Under the pieces are notes generated by a model. It was not told the origin of the DNA. It saw nothing but the letters and a program-made list of their open reading frames with translations, and made no database searches. This document shows positions 18,407-27,935 of a stretch of 64,000 bases of DNA, piece by piece. The stretch spans positions 1 through 64,000 of the forward strand of contig JBPOGF010000013.1 of assembly GCA_051251915.1 (NCBI GenBank), given 5' to 3'. The translations under genes were made by a program, and so were the position numbers. Numbering within the stretch: the stretch's first letter is position 1; the number at the start of each line of letters is the position of its first letter. This DNA is from Akkermansiaceae bacterium (lineage in GTDB: Bacteria > Verrucomicrobiota > Verrucomicrobiia > Verrucomicrobiales > Akkermansiaceae).

Positions 18407-19063
18407 ATGGAAATCTTCGCTCCCAAGCACGGATTACTCAAAGACCTCAGCTCAGACACCTTTGCGTCTGAGCTGTTTTATTTTTGTGACGACGAACTAA
18501 AACTTACCTCTAGCACCCACAAAACCTACTTCGGCTACGTCCAACACGGTGAAATCAACCTCCACCACGCAGGCAATCAATACACCCTAACAGAAGGCAT
18601 GTATTTCTCAGTCACTCAAAGCCTTAACATCTCCACTAATACCACCGGGAAAGCCATAATCATGTCACGCCTCGACTACCACGGCTTCTTCCAAATCGGC
18701 GGCCCCATCGAAGAAAAAGGCCGCCTCACCTACATCGATGGCTGCACAGACTCCCTCCTCATCTCACCTGTCATGATGGGAGATCCCTGCCTTAACCTCC
18801 TCCACATTCCAGCCAGAATTCAACAATCTCAACACACCCACCCATCCCTCCGCTTAGGCGTTATCATCAGTGGAACCGGTACCTGCATCACCCCAGAGAA
18901 AAACTTACCTCTAACACCTGGTTCCATCTTCTACATTCCTCAAGACGGCAAGCATAGCTTCCATACTCAAAACCATGACCTCAGAGTCATCGCCTATCAC
19001 CCAGATAGCGACTACGGCCCCACCCACCAAAACCACCCAATGGTTAACAAAACCATCCTCTAA
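18407..19063 (+). CDS. Cupin-domain protein (probably bicupin)
   Basis: HTHPS...GVIISGTG...IFYIPQDGKHSF metal-binding cupin motif; degenerate N-terminal cupin. Confidence 0.8.
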   Translation: MEIFAPKHGLLKDLSSDTFASELFYFCDDELKLTSSTHKTYFGYVQHGEINLHHAGNQYTLTEGMYFSVTQSLNISTNTTGKAIIMSRLDYHGFFQIGGPIEEKGRLTYIDGCTDSLLISPVMMGDPCLNLLHIPARIQQSQHTHPSLRLGVIISGTGTCITPEKNLPLTPGSIFYIPQDGKHSFHTQNHDLRVIAYHPDSDYGPTHQNHPMVNKTIL

Positions 19064-19069
19064 AAAAAC

Positions 19070-20071
19070 ATGAGATGCCCCAAATGCAACTACGACCATA
19101 AACGCGGCAAAGACGGCATGAAATGCCTCCGTTGCAAACGACAATTCATCTTTGACCCCAAAAAACACTACAACGGAAGTAAATCAATCACTGACCCTTA
19201 CTTCATCAAATGTATCGATAAACTCTCCCGCAGCGGCACCTACCGCTACACCGAAGACGAGCTCTACTGCTTCATAGCACAACAAAGTAAACCCTCCACA
19301 GTTGGTTGCCTCATTGGAGCTATTGTCATCAGCGTATTCCTCACGGCATTTCTTCATGCCTTGATTAAATCCGGCCTAACACCAGCCTTCTTCATCCTCC
19401 CCATATTCATCTTTACAGCGGTAATAATGGGCAGGAAAATACTATCCAGAAGAAGATGGAACAAGTTTCTCAAACACTGGCAAAAGCAAAGCGCCAAGAA
19501 AAAAGACGAACCAGACTACCTCGCAAACATGCTCACCACTCGTCAACTGTTAGAAAAACCCCCATCAGCTAACGAACCAGACATCTACGACTACGGTGCC
19601 GCCAAACTACTCATCTGCGAACACGATGTCCAAGTCGACTGGCTCATAACAAACAAATTCCACACCGAAAATGGAGTCGTCATCATCAGCGAAAATTTCT
19701 ACCCTACTTACCTCAAACAACAGGTAAAGGAACTCATAGATGCCAACCCAGACCTAGAAATCTACGCCCTCCACAACACCGGAAAAACTGGCGATGACAT
19801 GATCAACCGTCTCCGCAGTCCACTCAACGAATGGAAACTTAACCAACAAACAATCACCGACCTCGGCCTAAACCACGAACACCTCCTGAAAACCAAACTG
19901 AATAAAAAAATAATCGATCAATTCAACGATAAGTTCCCCCCACACGCCATCCCCTACCACCAGTTCAACCCCATGCTAAATCACTGCATGGTCAACGGTG
20001 TAGCCATCGCAGCAGCCTACACAGCCCTAAACGCAAACAGCGACTCAGGCGTCTCATGTGACTTCGGATAA
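19070..20071 (+). CDS. Hypothetical membrane protein with N-terminal Zn ribbon and possible Toprim-like C-terminal domain
   Basis: CPKC...CLRC, two TM helices, then LLICEHD...IYALHNTGKTG. Confidence 0.7.
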   Translation: MRCPKCNYDHKRGKDGMKCLRCKRQFIFDPKKHYNGSKSITDPYFIKCIDKLSRSGTYRYTEDELYCFIAQQSKPSTVGCLIGAIVISVFLTAFLHALIKSGLTPAFFILPIFIFTAVIMGRKILSRRRWNKFLKHWQKQSAKKKDEPDYLANMLTTRQLLEKPPSANEPDIYDYGAAKLLICEHDVQVDWLITNKFHTENGVVIISENFYPTYLKQQVKELIDANPDLEIYALHNTGKTGDDMINRLRSPLNEWKLNQQTITDLGLNHEHLLKTKLNKKIIDQFNDKFPPHAIPYHQFNPMLNHCMVNGVAIAAAYTALNANSDSGVSCDFG

Positions 20072-21783
20072 TGAGCCTACTCTGCGGATTCATCGGTCAG
20101 CGAGACGACTCCAAACTCGCCCAAATGACAGCACAAGCCAGACACAAAGGCCTGCAAAAAATCACCACCACCCACTTCAAAAACCTCCACCTAGCACACG
20201 CCTCAGATCCATGTTCCAGTAACTTAGCCGGAATCATCCACAACGAGCATTCACTCATCGCCCTCGCTGGCATACCCCGCGCTGAAACCACCAATCTGTT
20301 AGAAAAACTTACCTCTAACCCTAATTCCATCCATAATCTGTTAGACTCTCTAACAGGCAGCTACGCCGGACTCATTCACCACCAAGAAACCCTCTACCTC
20401 TTCCGAGATAAATCCGGCAGACGCACCCTCTTCTACACCACCATCGACCCAAATATCCACTTCGCAACCGAGTCAAAAATCCTCCACCACGCCAACAACT
20501 TCTCCCCCACCATCCGCCCCTCATCCCTCGCCCAATACCTAGCATTCAGCTACGTCCCCGGCGAAAACACCATGCTAGAAGGCATCAAAGAAATCCTCTC
20601 CGGCTCCTACTTCAGCACCCACACCCACACCCATCAACAACACCGCTACTTCACCCCCGAACTCCAATCAACCATAACCAGCTCCGACTGGATCAAAGAG
20701 TTCCAAACCCGCTTCACCCAGAGCATCGAGCGCACCCGCCCAGCCTCCATGACCGACTTCGCAGTCTTCCTCTCCGGCGGAATCGACTCCAGCATCGTCA
20801 CCGCTGCACTCGCAGAAATACACGGCTCAGACAAAGTAAAAACCTTCGGCATCCACTTCGGAAAACACTTCCCAAACGAACTAGAATACATCCGCGCCGT
20901 CGCAGAATTCACCAACGTTGAATGCGAAGAAGTAGAAGTGAACCCCAAAAGCTTCCTCCCCTACCTCCACGAAATCGTAAACCACCTCAACGACCCCATC
21001 GGCGACCCTGTCACCATGCCAAACTACCTCCTAGCCAAGCACGTAGCCGCCCAAGGCTACCACGGAGTCTACAACGGCGAAGGCGGAGACCCCATCTTCG
21101 GCGGCCCTAAAAACATGACCATGCTCCTCCACCACTGGTACGGAGACCAACAACCACAAAGCAAAAACCACCGAGAAAAAGCCTACCTAGCCTCCTACCG
21201 CCGCAGCTACGAGGAAATCAATCACCTCCTAACCCCAGAATGGCAACGCAAAATCAACCCAGAACATGACCTAGAATCCATCCTCAGCCCCATGTTCCAA
21301 CAAACCAAACCAGACTCCTTCCTCAAAAAACTCCTCCTCATAAACATGCGCCAAAAAGGCGCCCACCTCATCCTCCCAAAAGTCGAACGCATGCTCGGCG
21401 CCAACGGCCTCACCCCCCTCTCACCACTATTCGATGAAAGCCTCATCCAACTCTGCATGAGCCTACCTGGCGAACACATACTCAAAAACGGCATCGAGAA
21501 AATGATCCTCAAACAAGCCTTCCGTGGCAAACTCCCAGACTCCATAATCGACCGCCCCAAAAGCGGAATGAGAGTCCCAGTCCACTACTGGTTCAAAGGA
21601 GAAATGAAACGCTACGCAAAAAAAATGCTCAGCAAAAAACGCCTAGACCAAACCGGCATCTTCGACCCCAACCGCGTCAAACAACTCCTCAACTACACCA
21701 CCAACGAAGGCCCCGGCAGATACGGAATCAAACTCTGGATGCTCCTAACCTTCGAACTCTGGCGCGAAAAAGTATTTGAATAG
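20071..21783 (+). CDS. Asparagine synthetase-like ATP-dependent amide ligase with degenerate glutaminase domain
   Basis: PP-loop LSGGIDSS, NGEGGDPIFGG, KMILKQAFRGKLPDSIIDRPKSG; no N-terminal Cys. Confidence 0.85.
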   Translation: MSLLCGFIGQRDDSKLAQMTAQARHKGLQKITTTHFKNLHLAHASDPCSSNLAGIIHNEHSLIALAGIPRAETTNLLEKLTSNPNSIHNLLDSLTGSYAGLIHHQETLYLFRDKSGRRTLFYTTIDPNIHFATESKILHHANNFSPTIRPSSLAQYLAFSYVPGENTMLEGIKEILSGSYFSTHTHTHQQHRYFTPELQSTITSSDWIKEFQTRFTQSIERTRPASMTDFAVFLSGGIDSSIVTAALAEIHGSDKVKTFGIHFGKHFPNELEYIRAVAEFTNVECEEVEVNPKSFLPYLHEIVNHLNDPIGDPVTMPNYLLAKHVAAQGYHGVYNGEGGDPIFGGPKNMTMLLHHWYGDQQPQSKNHREKAYLASYRRSYEEINHLLTPEWQRKINPEHDLESILSPMFQQTKPDSFLKKLLLINMRQKGAHLILPKVERMLGANGLTPLSPLFDESLIQLCMSLPGEHILKNGIEKMILKQAFRGKLPDSIIDRPKSGMRVPVHYWFKGEMKRYAKKMLSKKRLDQTGIFDPNRVKQLLNYTTNEGPGRYGIKLWMLLTFELWREKVFE

Positions 21784-21809
21784 CACACCATAAAACCTAT
21801 AATATTTGT

Positions 21810-22259
21810 ATGCACCCAGAGTGGCAAATAGATAAATCAGGACATCATGCACCTGAAAATCAAAGCATAACACTGCAGATCAAAAAACCGATAGACCGGA
21901 ATCCTAAAAAACTGATAGATCCGGATCCTAAAAGTGTACCTCCTATTGATTCAGAAATTGTATCTGACCTTAAAAAAGAAATCCCACTTCTCATCGGATT
22001 GCTCATCACCCTTGCCACACTAACCTATAAACTCATCGCAGCCTATCAACAAAACAACCTGCCCACCAACGCATCCATCAAACAAGATTACCGCAACCAA
22101 ATCATGCTTACCGGAGTCGAAATATACACAGCCTACCCCATCCTACTTATCGGCTCCTTCTGGTTATCCATCATCGTTTTCCGTGGCATAAAAACCTGTA
22201 GAAAAATCAAAAACAAAAACAAAAACAAATCCTACTTCCATAAATCCATCAACAACTAA
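21810..22259 (+). CDS. Hypothetical membrane protein
   Basis: 149-aa ORF with two hydrophobic segments, fills the intergenic gap. Confidence 0.55.
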   Translation: MHPEWQIDKSGHHAPENQSITLQIKKPIDRNPKKLIDPDPKSVPPIDSEIVSDLKKEIPLLIGLLITLATLTYKLIAAYQQNNLPTNASIKQDYRNQIMLTGVEIYTAYPILLIGSFWLSIIVFRGIKTCRKIKNKNKNKSYFHKSINN

Positions 22260-22265
22260 TACCCA

Positions 22266-23354
22266 TCAATCACCTCCAGAAGACCTCCTAACAATCAACT
22301 CACCCTGCAACGTAATCCTCTGCACCGGAGCATCAGGATGTCGTATCCGCTGAATCATAGCCTCAGCCGCCGCCCTACCTATATCACGGCAAGGCTGCTT
22401 ATAAGTTGTCAGCGGCACACTCAGTAAAGACGCATACTTAACATCATCAAACCCACACACCTTCACCTTGTTCGGAATCTCCGCACCAGCATCTAACAGA
22501 CTCCGCAGCATCGTACTAGCCGTCGCATCATTCGCGCAGATAATACCATCCACCTTTCGCTCCACCAGCTCCTCAGCCGCCTTCTCTGGAGCATCAGTTT
22601 CATAAATCACAGTGATCAAACTAGTAGGGTCCTTACCCCGTTGCACCAATGCCTCTCTACACCCCATCCTCCTCAGCTGAATCGTCGTCGCAGGATTCTC
22701 TCGCGCCACAAATGCCAAGCTCTTACACCCCTGATCTAACAAATGTGTAGCCACCACATACCCCGCCTCAACATTGTCAATACTCACCAACTCAAGTTGA
22801 GTCTGTCGCGGCCAACGATAAATATCCCTATCTAACAAAACAACATGAATCCCCGCATCTCTCAACTTATCGATAATCCCTTGATTAAACTCAGAAGGCT
22901 CATCCACGTGTTCAGTAGGAGCAAAAAATACACCTTTTACGCGAGCCTCAATTAACTGCTCAGCTAACGATTCTGTTAGCACCTTCAAGTCATCTCCAGC
23001 ATTAAGATCAGAAGGTAAGATCACTCTCATTCCCTCCATCCCAGAAGTCTCTACGATACTTGCACAAATAGGTTCAAAAATTTCAATTTCAGAGAGCTGC
23101 GGAATCAATAGCCCAGCTAAGAGTGATGATCTACGCGGAGCTAGAACTTGTGTCCCAAACCCCGCCTTACGCTTCACTAGCTTTTCATCACTAAGCATTT
23201 TCAGAGCCCTTGCCACAGTAGGACGAGACGCCTCGTATTCCTTACATAGCTCACTCTCAGTAGGTAACAAATCACCAACCGAAAACTTCTGACTATGGAT
23301 CTGATGTAATAATTCCTTATAAATCTGTAAATACCTTGGTTTTGAATCACTCAT
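22266..23354 (-). CDS. GntR-HTH / LacI sugar-binding domain transcriptional regulator (AraR-like)
   Basis: LLPTESELCKEYEASRPTVARAL; GIICANDATA, VCGFDD, PLTTYKQP. Confidence 0.93.
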   Translation of the reverse strand: MSDSKPRYLQIYKELLHQIHSQKFSVGDLLPTESELCKEYEASRPTVARALKMLSDEKLVKRKAGFGTQVLAPRRSSLLAGLLIPQLSEIEIFEPICASIVETSGMEGMRVILPSDLNAGDDLKVLTESLAEQLIEARVKGVFFAPTEHVDEPSEFNQGIIDKLRDAGIHVVLLDRDIYRWPRQTQLELVSIDNVEAGYVVATHLLDQGCKSLAFVARENPATTIQLRRMGCREALVQRGKDPTSLITVIYETDAPEKAAEELVERKVDGIICANDATASTMLRSLLDAGAEIPNKVKVCGFDDVKYASLLSVPLTTYKQPCRDIGRAAAEAMIQRIRHPDAPVQRITLQGELIVRRSSGGD

Positions 23355-23355
23355 G

Positions 23356-23438
23356 AATGAAATGTAAATAATTTGTAATAAAATGTCAACCCGTAAGTAA
23401 CGTTTATTAGTGACATTTAATCAATGAAATGATTACAT
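23356..23438. promoter_or_regulatory. Divergent promoter/operator region
   Basis: Minus strand TTGACA (23389-23384)-N17-TACATT-N6-ATG; inverted pair AAATGTCA/TGACATTT; direct repeat AATGAAATG. Confidence 0.5.
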
Positions 23439-23483
23439 GCTTAACACAAGGAAGATTCATACCAACTTAAACTCAGAACGAGA

Positions 23484-24380
23484 ATGACAAATAAATTCAA
23501 AATAGCAGGCATTGGAGAAATTCTCTGGGACACATTTCCAGACGGAACTCGTCTCGGCGGAGCCCCTACAAACTTTGCCTTCCACAGCTATCAACTCGGT
23601 GCTGATGCCTACCCTGTCAGTTGCGTCGGAGATGATGAACTTGGCAACAACACATTCGATGAACTCAACAAACTCGGAGTCAATGTTGAATACGTCCAAG
23701 TCAGCACCACCAAACCCACAGGTCGTGTAATGGTCAAACTCGATGATGAAGGCAAGCCAAGTTATGACATTTTAAAAAACAGGTCATGGGACTACCTCTC
23801 ATTCACTCCTGAAATGGAAAAACTCGCAGAATCACTAGATGCTGTTTGCTTTGGCTCCCTCTCACAGCGTTCCACTGAAACAAGAAACACCATCCGCCAA
23901 TTTATCAAAGCAATGCCTGTTTCAGCACTCAAAATTTTTGATGTGAATCTCAGAAAACCCTTTTATTCGAAATCACTCATTGAAGACTCTCTTATCCTAG
24001 CAAACATACTGAAACTAAGTGATGAGGAATTACCAGTCCTTGCTGATTACTTTAACCTCAAAGGAACAGAATCTGAGCTACTCGCTCAACTAAGAAAACA
24101 ATTCAACCTCTACCTCATCGCTTACACAAAAGGTGCAGACGGAAGCATCCTCGTTAGTGAACAACAAATCGCTGAAACCAAAGGCATCAAAATTAAATCA
24201 ATAGATACAGTAGGAGCCGGAGATTCATTCACCGCAGCACTTTGCGCAGGATTACTCAGAGGCTGGCCACTTGATCGTGTGAACCAGTTCGCCAATAAAG
24301 TCGCAGCATTTGTCTGCTCACAAAAAGGAGCCACACCACGCCTCCCCACAGATCTAACAAAAACCAAAGTTCATTCATAA
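23484..24380 (+). CDS. PfkB carbohydrate kinase, probable fructokinase
   Basis: GEILWD, GGAPTNFA, FDVNLR, DTVGAGDSF. Confidence 0.92.
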   Translation: MTNKFKIAGIGEILWDTFPDGTRLGGAPTNFAFHSYQLGADAYPVSCVGDDELGNNTFDELNKLGVNVEYVQVSTTKPTGRVMVKLDDEGKPSYDILKNRSWDYLSFTPEMEKLAESLDAVCFGSLSQRSTETRNTIRQFIKAMPVSALKIFDVNLRKPFYSKSLIEDSLILANILKLSDEELPVLADYFNLKGTESELLAQLRKQFNLYLIAYTKGADGSILVSEQQIAETKGIKIKSIDTVGAGDSFTAALCAGLLRGWPLDRVNQFANKVAAFVCSQKGATPRLPTDLTKTKVHS

Positions 24381-24414
24381 AACCAACTAAACAAACCAAC
24401 AATAAAATACTAAT

Positions 24415-25356
24415 ATGAAACATAAAATACTAGCACTACTAGCAGTCGTAACTGCCCTTATCAGCATCGGATGTAACCGAAGCGGCGGAGACAAAGACCA
24501 AATAAAAATCGGCATGACCGTCCAAGACCTCAGTAACCCAACCTGGTCAGGATACTGCCAAGCCATCCAAAAAGTAGCTGAAGCAAATGGCGCCAAAATG
24601 AACTACGTCGCTTGCGAAAGCAACGTCTCCAAACAAATCGAGCAAATCGAAAACTTTGTTTCTCGCGGAATGGATGTCATCATAGTTCACCCAGCAGATC
24701 CATCAGGAATCGAAGCTGCATGCAAGGAAGCAAGAGCCGCTGGCGTAAAGATCATCTCTTGGGATGACGATATCGAAAACGCCGACACTCGCTGGCTCAT
24801 TAACAACTACGACCTCGGCTTCGCTGTAGGTAAAGAAGCCGCAGATTTCATCAATGCTAAGCATGGTGGAAAAACAGAAGTAGCTATCCTTAACTACCCA
24901 CAACTCCCTATTCTCCTAGAGCGTGGCAACGGCATCCGTGAAGCAATCAATAAGTTCGCTCCAGAAGCTACAATCGTCGCTGAAACTAGCGCTATCAACC
25001 CTAAGGAAGGCATCACGAAAATGGAGACCATCTTCCAGTCTAACCCAAATGTTAAAATCGTAGCATGTATCGGTGGTGGTGGCTCAGTAGGAGCTAATGA
25101 AGCAGCTAAAGCAGGTGGCAAACTAGCAGACGACTTCGGTATCTTCGCAGTAGACGCCACTAAGCCAGAGCTCTCAGCCATCAAAAACAACGAAGGAGTG
25201 AGAATGAGCGTCATTGTCACAGGCACTGACCAAGACGTCGCTGATAAAGTATTCGGATTCGTTCAGAAGCTTGCTAACGGTGAAGAATTACCAGCTAAAA
25301 TATACCGTAACCCAATCCCAGTTAACAAAGATAACGTAGATCAATATTCTAAGTAA
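24415..25356 (+). CDS. Sugar ABC transporter substrate-binding lipoprotein (RbsB-like)
   Basis: Lipobox ISIGC; IGMTVQDLSNP; QIEQIENFVSRGMDVIIV. Confidence 0.92.
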   Translation: MKHKILALLAVVTALISIGCNRSGGDKDQIKIGMTVQDLSNPTWSGYCQAIQKVAEANGAKMNYVACESNVSKQIEQIENFVSRGMDVIIVHPADPSGIEAACKEARAAGVKIISWDDDIENADTRWLINNYDLGFAVGKEAADFINAKHGGKTEVAILNYPQLPILLERGNGIREAINKFAPEATIVAETSAINPKEGITKMETIFQSNPNVKIVACIGGGGSVGANEAAKAGGKLADDFGIFAVDATKPELSAIKNNEGVRMSVIVTGTDQDVADKVFGFVQKLANGEELPAKIYRNPIPVNKDNVDQYSK

Positions 25357-25380
25357 TCACTAACCAACACCCACAAAACC

Positions 25381-26856
25381 ATGTTCCTGCAACTGAAAAA
25401 CATCACCAAACATTACCCAGGTGTAGTCGCCCTCAATAATGTTAGCCTCGACATCATAGAAGGCGAAGTCCACGCAATCGTCGGAGAAAACGGTGCCGGC
25501 AAGTCCACTCTTATTAAGACATGCACCGGTGCCGTTATCCCTACCGAAGGTAGCGTCGTGATTCAGGGGCAGGAATTCACCTCCCTCACACCTAAAATCG
25601 CTGAGCAGCACGGTGTGGCTGTCATCTACCAAGAGTTCAACCTTGTTGACGAACTCTCTGTAGCAGAAAACATTTTCCTCGGTCGCGCCATCCGTAAAGG
25701 AATCGTCATCGACCACAAAGCCATGGAAAATGAAGCAGCTAAAATCTTCAAGCAATTTGACATTAAAATCGATCCATCAGCACTCGTAGGTAGCCTGACC
25801 ATCGGATACCAGCAACTCGTAGAAATTGCTAAAGCCATTTCACAAAATGCCAAAATGCTCATCATGGACGAGCCATCCGCCCCACTCACCCAAACAGAAG
25901 TAGAAGCCCTCTACGTCATGGTTGAAAAGCTCAAGGCGCAAGGTGTCACCATCGTCTACATCTCTCACCGCATGGACGAGATCTTCAGACTCTCAGACCG
26001 CATCACCGTGATCCGCGATGGAGAAAAGATCAAAACCATGAACACTAAGGACACCAACCTAGATGACCTAGTAACCCTTATGGTAGGACGTGAACTCACT
26101 GAAACTTACCCAAGTCGCAAAGACTGTATCCAAGATGAAGTTCTCTTAGAAGTCGAAGACCTATCAGGTAGCATCGTAAAAAATATCAATCTAAACATCA
26201 AGAAAGGCGAAGTCCTCGGACTAGCAGGCCTCATCGGATCTGGCCGCACAGAACTAGCCGAGATCATCTTTGGAGCTTCACCTAGAAAAGGTGGTCGCGT
26301 AAGAATCGGAGGAAAAGAAATCAACCCTAAAATCCCCAAAGAAGCTATCGCAGAAGGCATCGCCCTGGTTCCTGAAGACCGTAAGAAACAAGGCGCACTG
26401 CTCGAAGTAGACATCAGAGGAAACATTAGCATCTCCATCCTAGAAAGAATTTCTAAGTTCTTCACCATCGACAAAAAAGAAGAGGAAAAAATCGCCCAGT
26501 ACTACCGCAAAGCCATCAACATCAAAACTCCTTCACTAGATCAAAAAATCAAAAACCTCAGTGGTGGCAACCAGCAAAAAGCAATCATCGCCAAGTGGCT
26601 AGCCACACACCCTTCACTCGTGATTTTCGATGAACCCACCCGCGGGATCGATGTGGGAGCCAAGTCAGAAATCTACGAACTGGTAAACGACCTCGTCGAG
26701 TCCGGCAAATCCGTCCTAATGATCTCCTCAGAAATGGAAGAAGTCATGGGAATGTCTGACCGAATCATCGTTATCCACGAAGGAAAAATCACTGGCGAAC
26801 TCGCCCGCAAAGACTTCAACCAAGAAACTATCATGGGATTTGCCTCTAAATCCTAA
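25381..26856 (+). CDS. Sugar ABC transporter ATP-binding protein (CUT2, two ABC domains)
   Basis: GENGAGKST, MDEPS, LSGGNQQK, DEPTRGIDVGAK. Confidence 0.96.
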   Translation: MFLQLKNITKHYPGVVALNNVSLDIIEGEVHAIVGENGAGKSTLIKTCTGAVIPTEGSVVIQGQEFTSLTPKIAEQHGVAVIYQEFNLVDELSVAENIFLGRAIRKGIVIDHKAMENEAAKIFKQFDIKIDPSALVGSLTIGYQQLVEIAKAISQNAKMLIMDEPSAPLTQTEVEALYVMVEKLKAQGVTIVYISHRMDEIFRLSDRITVIRDGEKIKTMNTKDTNLDDLVTLMVGRELTETYPSRKDCIQDEVLLEVEDLSGSIVKNINLNIKKGEVLGLAGLIGSGRTELAEIIFGASPRKGGRVRIGGKEINPKIPKEAIAEGIALVPEDRKKQGALLEVDIRGNISISILERISKFFTIDKKEEEKIAQYYRKAINIKTPSLDQKIKNLSGGNQQKAIIAKWLATHPSLVIFDEPTRGIDVGAKSEIYELVNDLVESGKSVLMISSEMEEVMGMSDRIIVIHEGKITGELARKDFNQETIMGFASKS

Positions 26857-26912
26857 CCAACCAAATCATATCCAATCACCACCATTTAAAACCAATCAAA
26901 CCTACTACTATC

Positions 26913-27893
26913 ATGACAACTACAGACACTTTAAAAGAGTCCAACAAAGGCTCATCTCGTATCACCTCTTTCGCCAAAACTTATGGAATATGGGTCGTCC
27001 TCCTCGCACTCATCGTCCTCTTCACCGCAGCTTCTGAAAACTTCCTAGTAAGCAACAACCTCCTCAACGTAGCCCGCCAGGTTTCCATGCTCGGCATCTG
27101 CGCAGTCGGCTTCGCATTCGTTCTCCTCCTCGGAGGAATCGACCTCTCAGTAGGCTCAGTAATTACCCTAGTTAACATCGTAGCCGCCTGGCTCATGGTC
27201 AATGCCAACCTAAATCCAGTCCTCACCGTAGTCATCGTGATTGCCATGGCTGCCGCCATTGGTTTCCTCAATGGCTGGATCATCGCCACCCTCCAGATGC
27301 CATCCATCATCGTAACACTCGCCATGATGATCATCATCGAAGGCATCGCCTACCTAATTTGTGAAGGCCTCCCCATCTACGGATTCGTGACATCATTCGC
27401 TGTCATTGGTCAAGGCTATGTCGGCCCCATCCCCATCCCAGTTATCATCATGGCTGTAGTCATGGCTCTCGGCGGATTCATCCTCAACAAAACATTCTTC
27501 GGCAGATACTTCTACGCAGTTGGGGGTAATGAAGAAGCTGCTAAGCTCTCAGGAATCGACGTCAAGAAAGTAAAATACCTAGTCTACACACTCTCTGGAT
27601 TATTCGCAGGTGTCGCAGGTGTCGTCATCCTCTCTAGAACTAACTCCGGCCAGGTTCTTGCAGGTAAAGGATTCGAGTTCGATGTTCTAACAGCCTGTGT
27701 TCTTGGTGGAGTAAGTGTCGCCGGTGGATTTGGCAAAATTTCAAACGTCCTCGCTGGTGTCCTCATACTCGGAGTTCTCAGCAATGGCCTCGTCCTCCTA
27801 GACATCAGCCAGTTCGTCCAAATGGTTATCAAAGGATCAGTCCTCATGATCGCCGTAGCTCTCGACTGCATCCAAAACAGAAAAGCATCTTAA
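26913..27893 (+). CDS. Sugar ABC transporter permease (RbsC-like)
   Basis: GGIDLSVGS, YAVGGNEEAAKLSGI. Confidence 0.95.
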   Translation: MTTTDTLKESNKGSSRITSFAKTYGIWVVLLALIVLFTAASENFLVSNNLLNVARQVSMLGICAVGFAFVLLLGGIDLSVGSVITLVNIVAAWLMVNANLNPVLTVVIVIAMAAAIGFLNGWIIATLQMPSIIVTLAMMIIIEGIAYLICEGLPIYGFVTSFAVIGQGYVGPIPIPVIIMAVVMALGGFILNKTFFGRYFYAVGGNEEAAKLSGIDVKKVKYLVYTLSGLFAGVAGVVILSRTNSGQVLAGKGFEFDVLTACVLGGVSVAGGFGKISNVLAGVLILGVLSNGLVLLDISQFVQMVIKGSVLMIAVALDCIQNRKAS

Positions 27894-27935
27894 TCAATCT
27901 TAACACTCATTGTTGAACGTAGAAAAACCAACACC

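Noticed and set aside
20071..21783. Lasso peptide biosynthetic cluster suggested by the AsnB-like enzyme
   Set aside because: No transglutaminase-like B protease, PqqD/RRE protein or short precursor ORF is visible nearby
22203..22229. AAAAAC-type tandem repeat as a phase-variation tract
   Set aside because: Short in-frame hexamer run encoding KNKNKNK near the end of a hypothetical gene; slippage would not shift the frame
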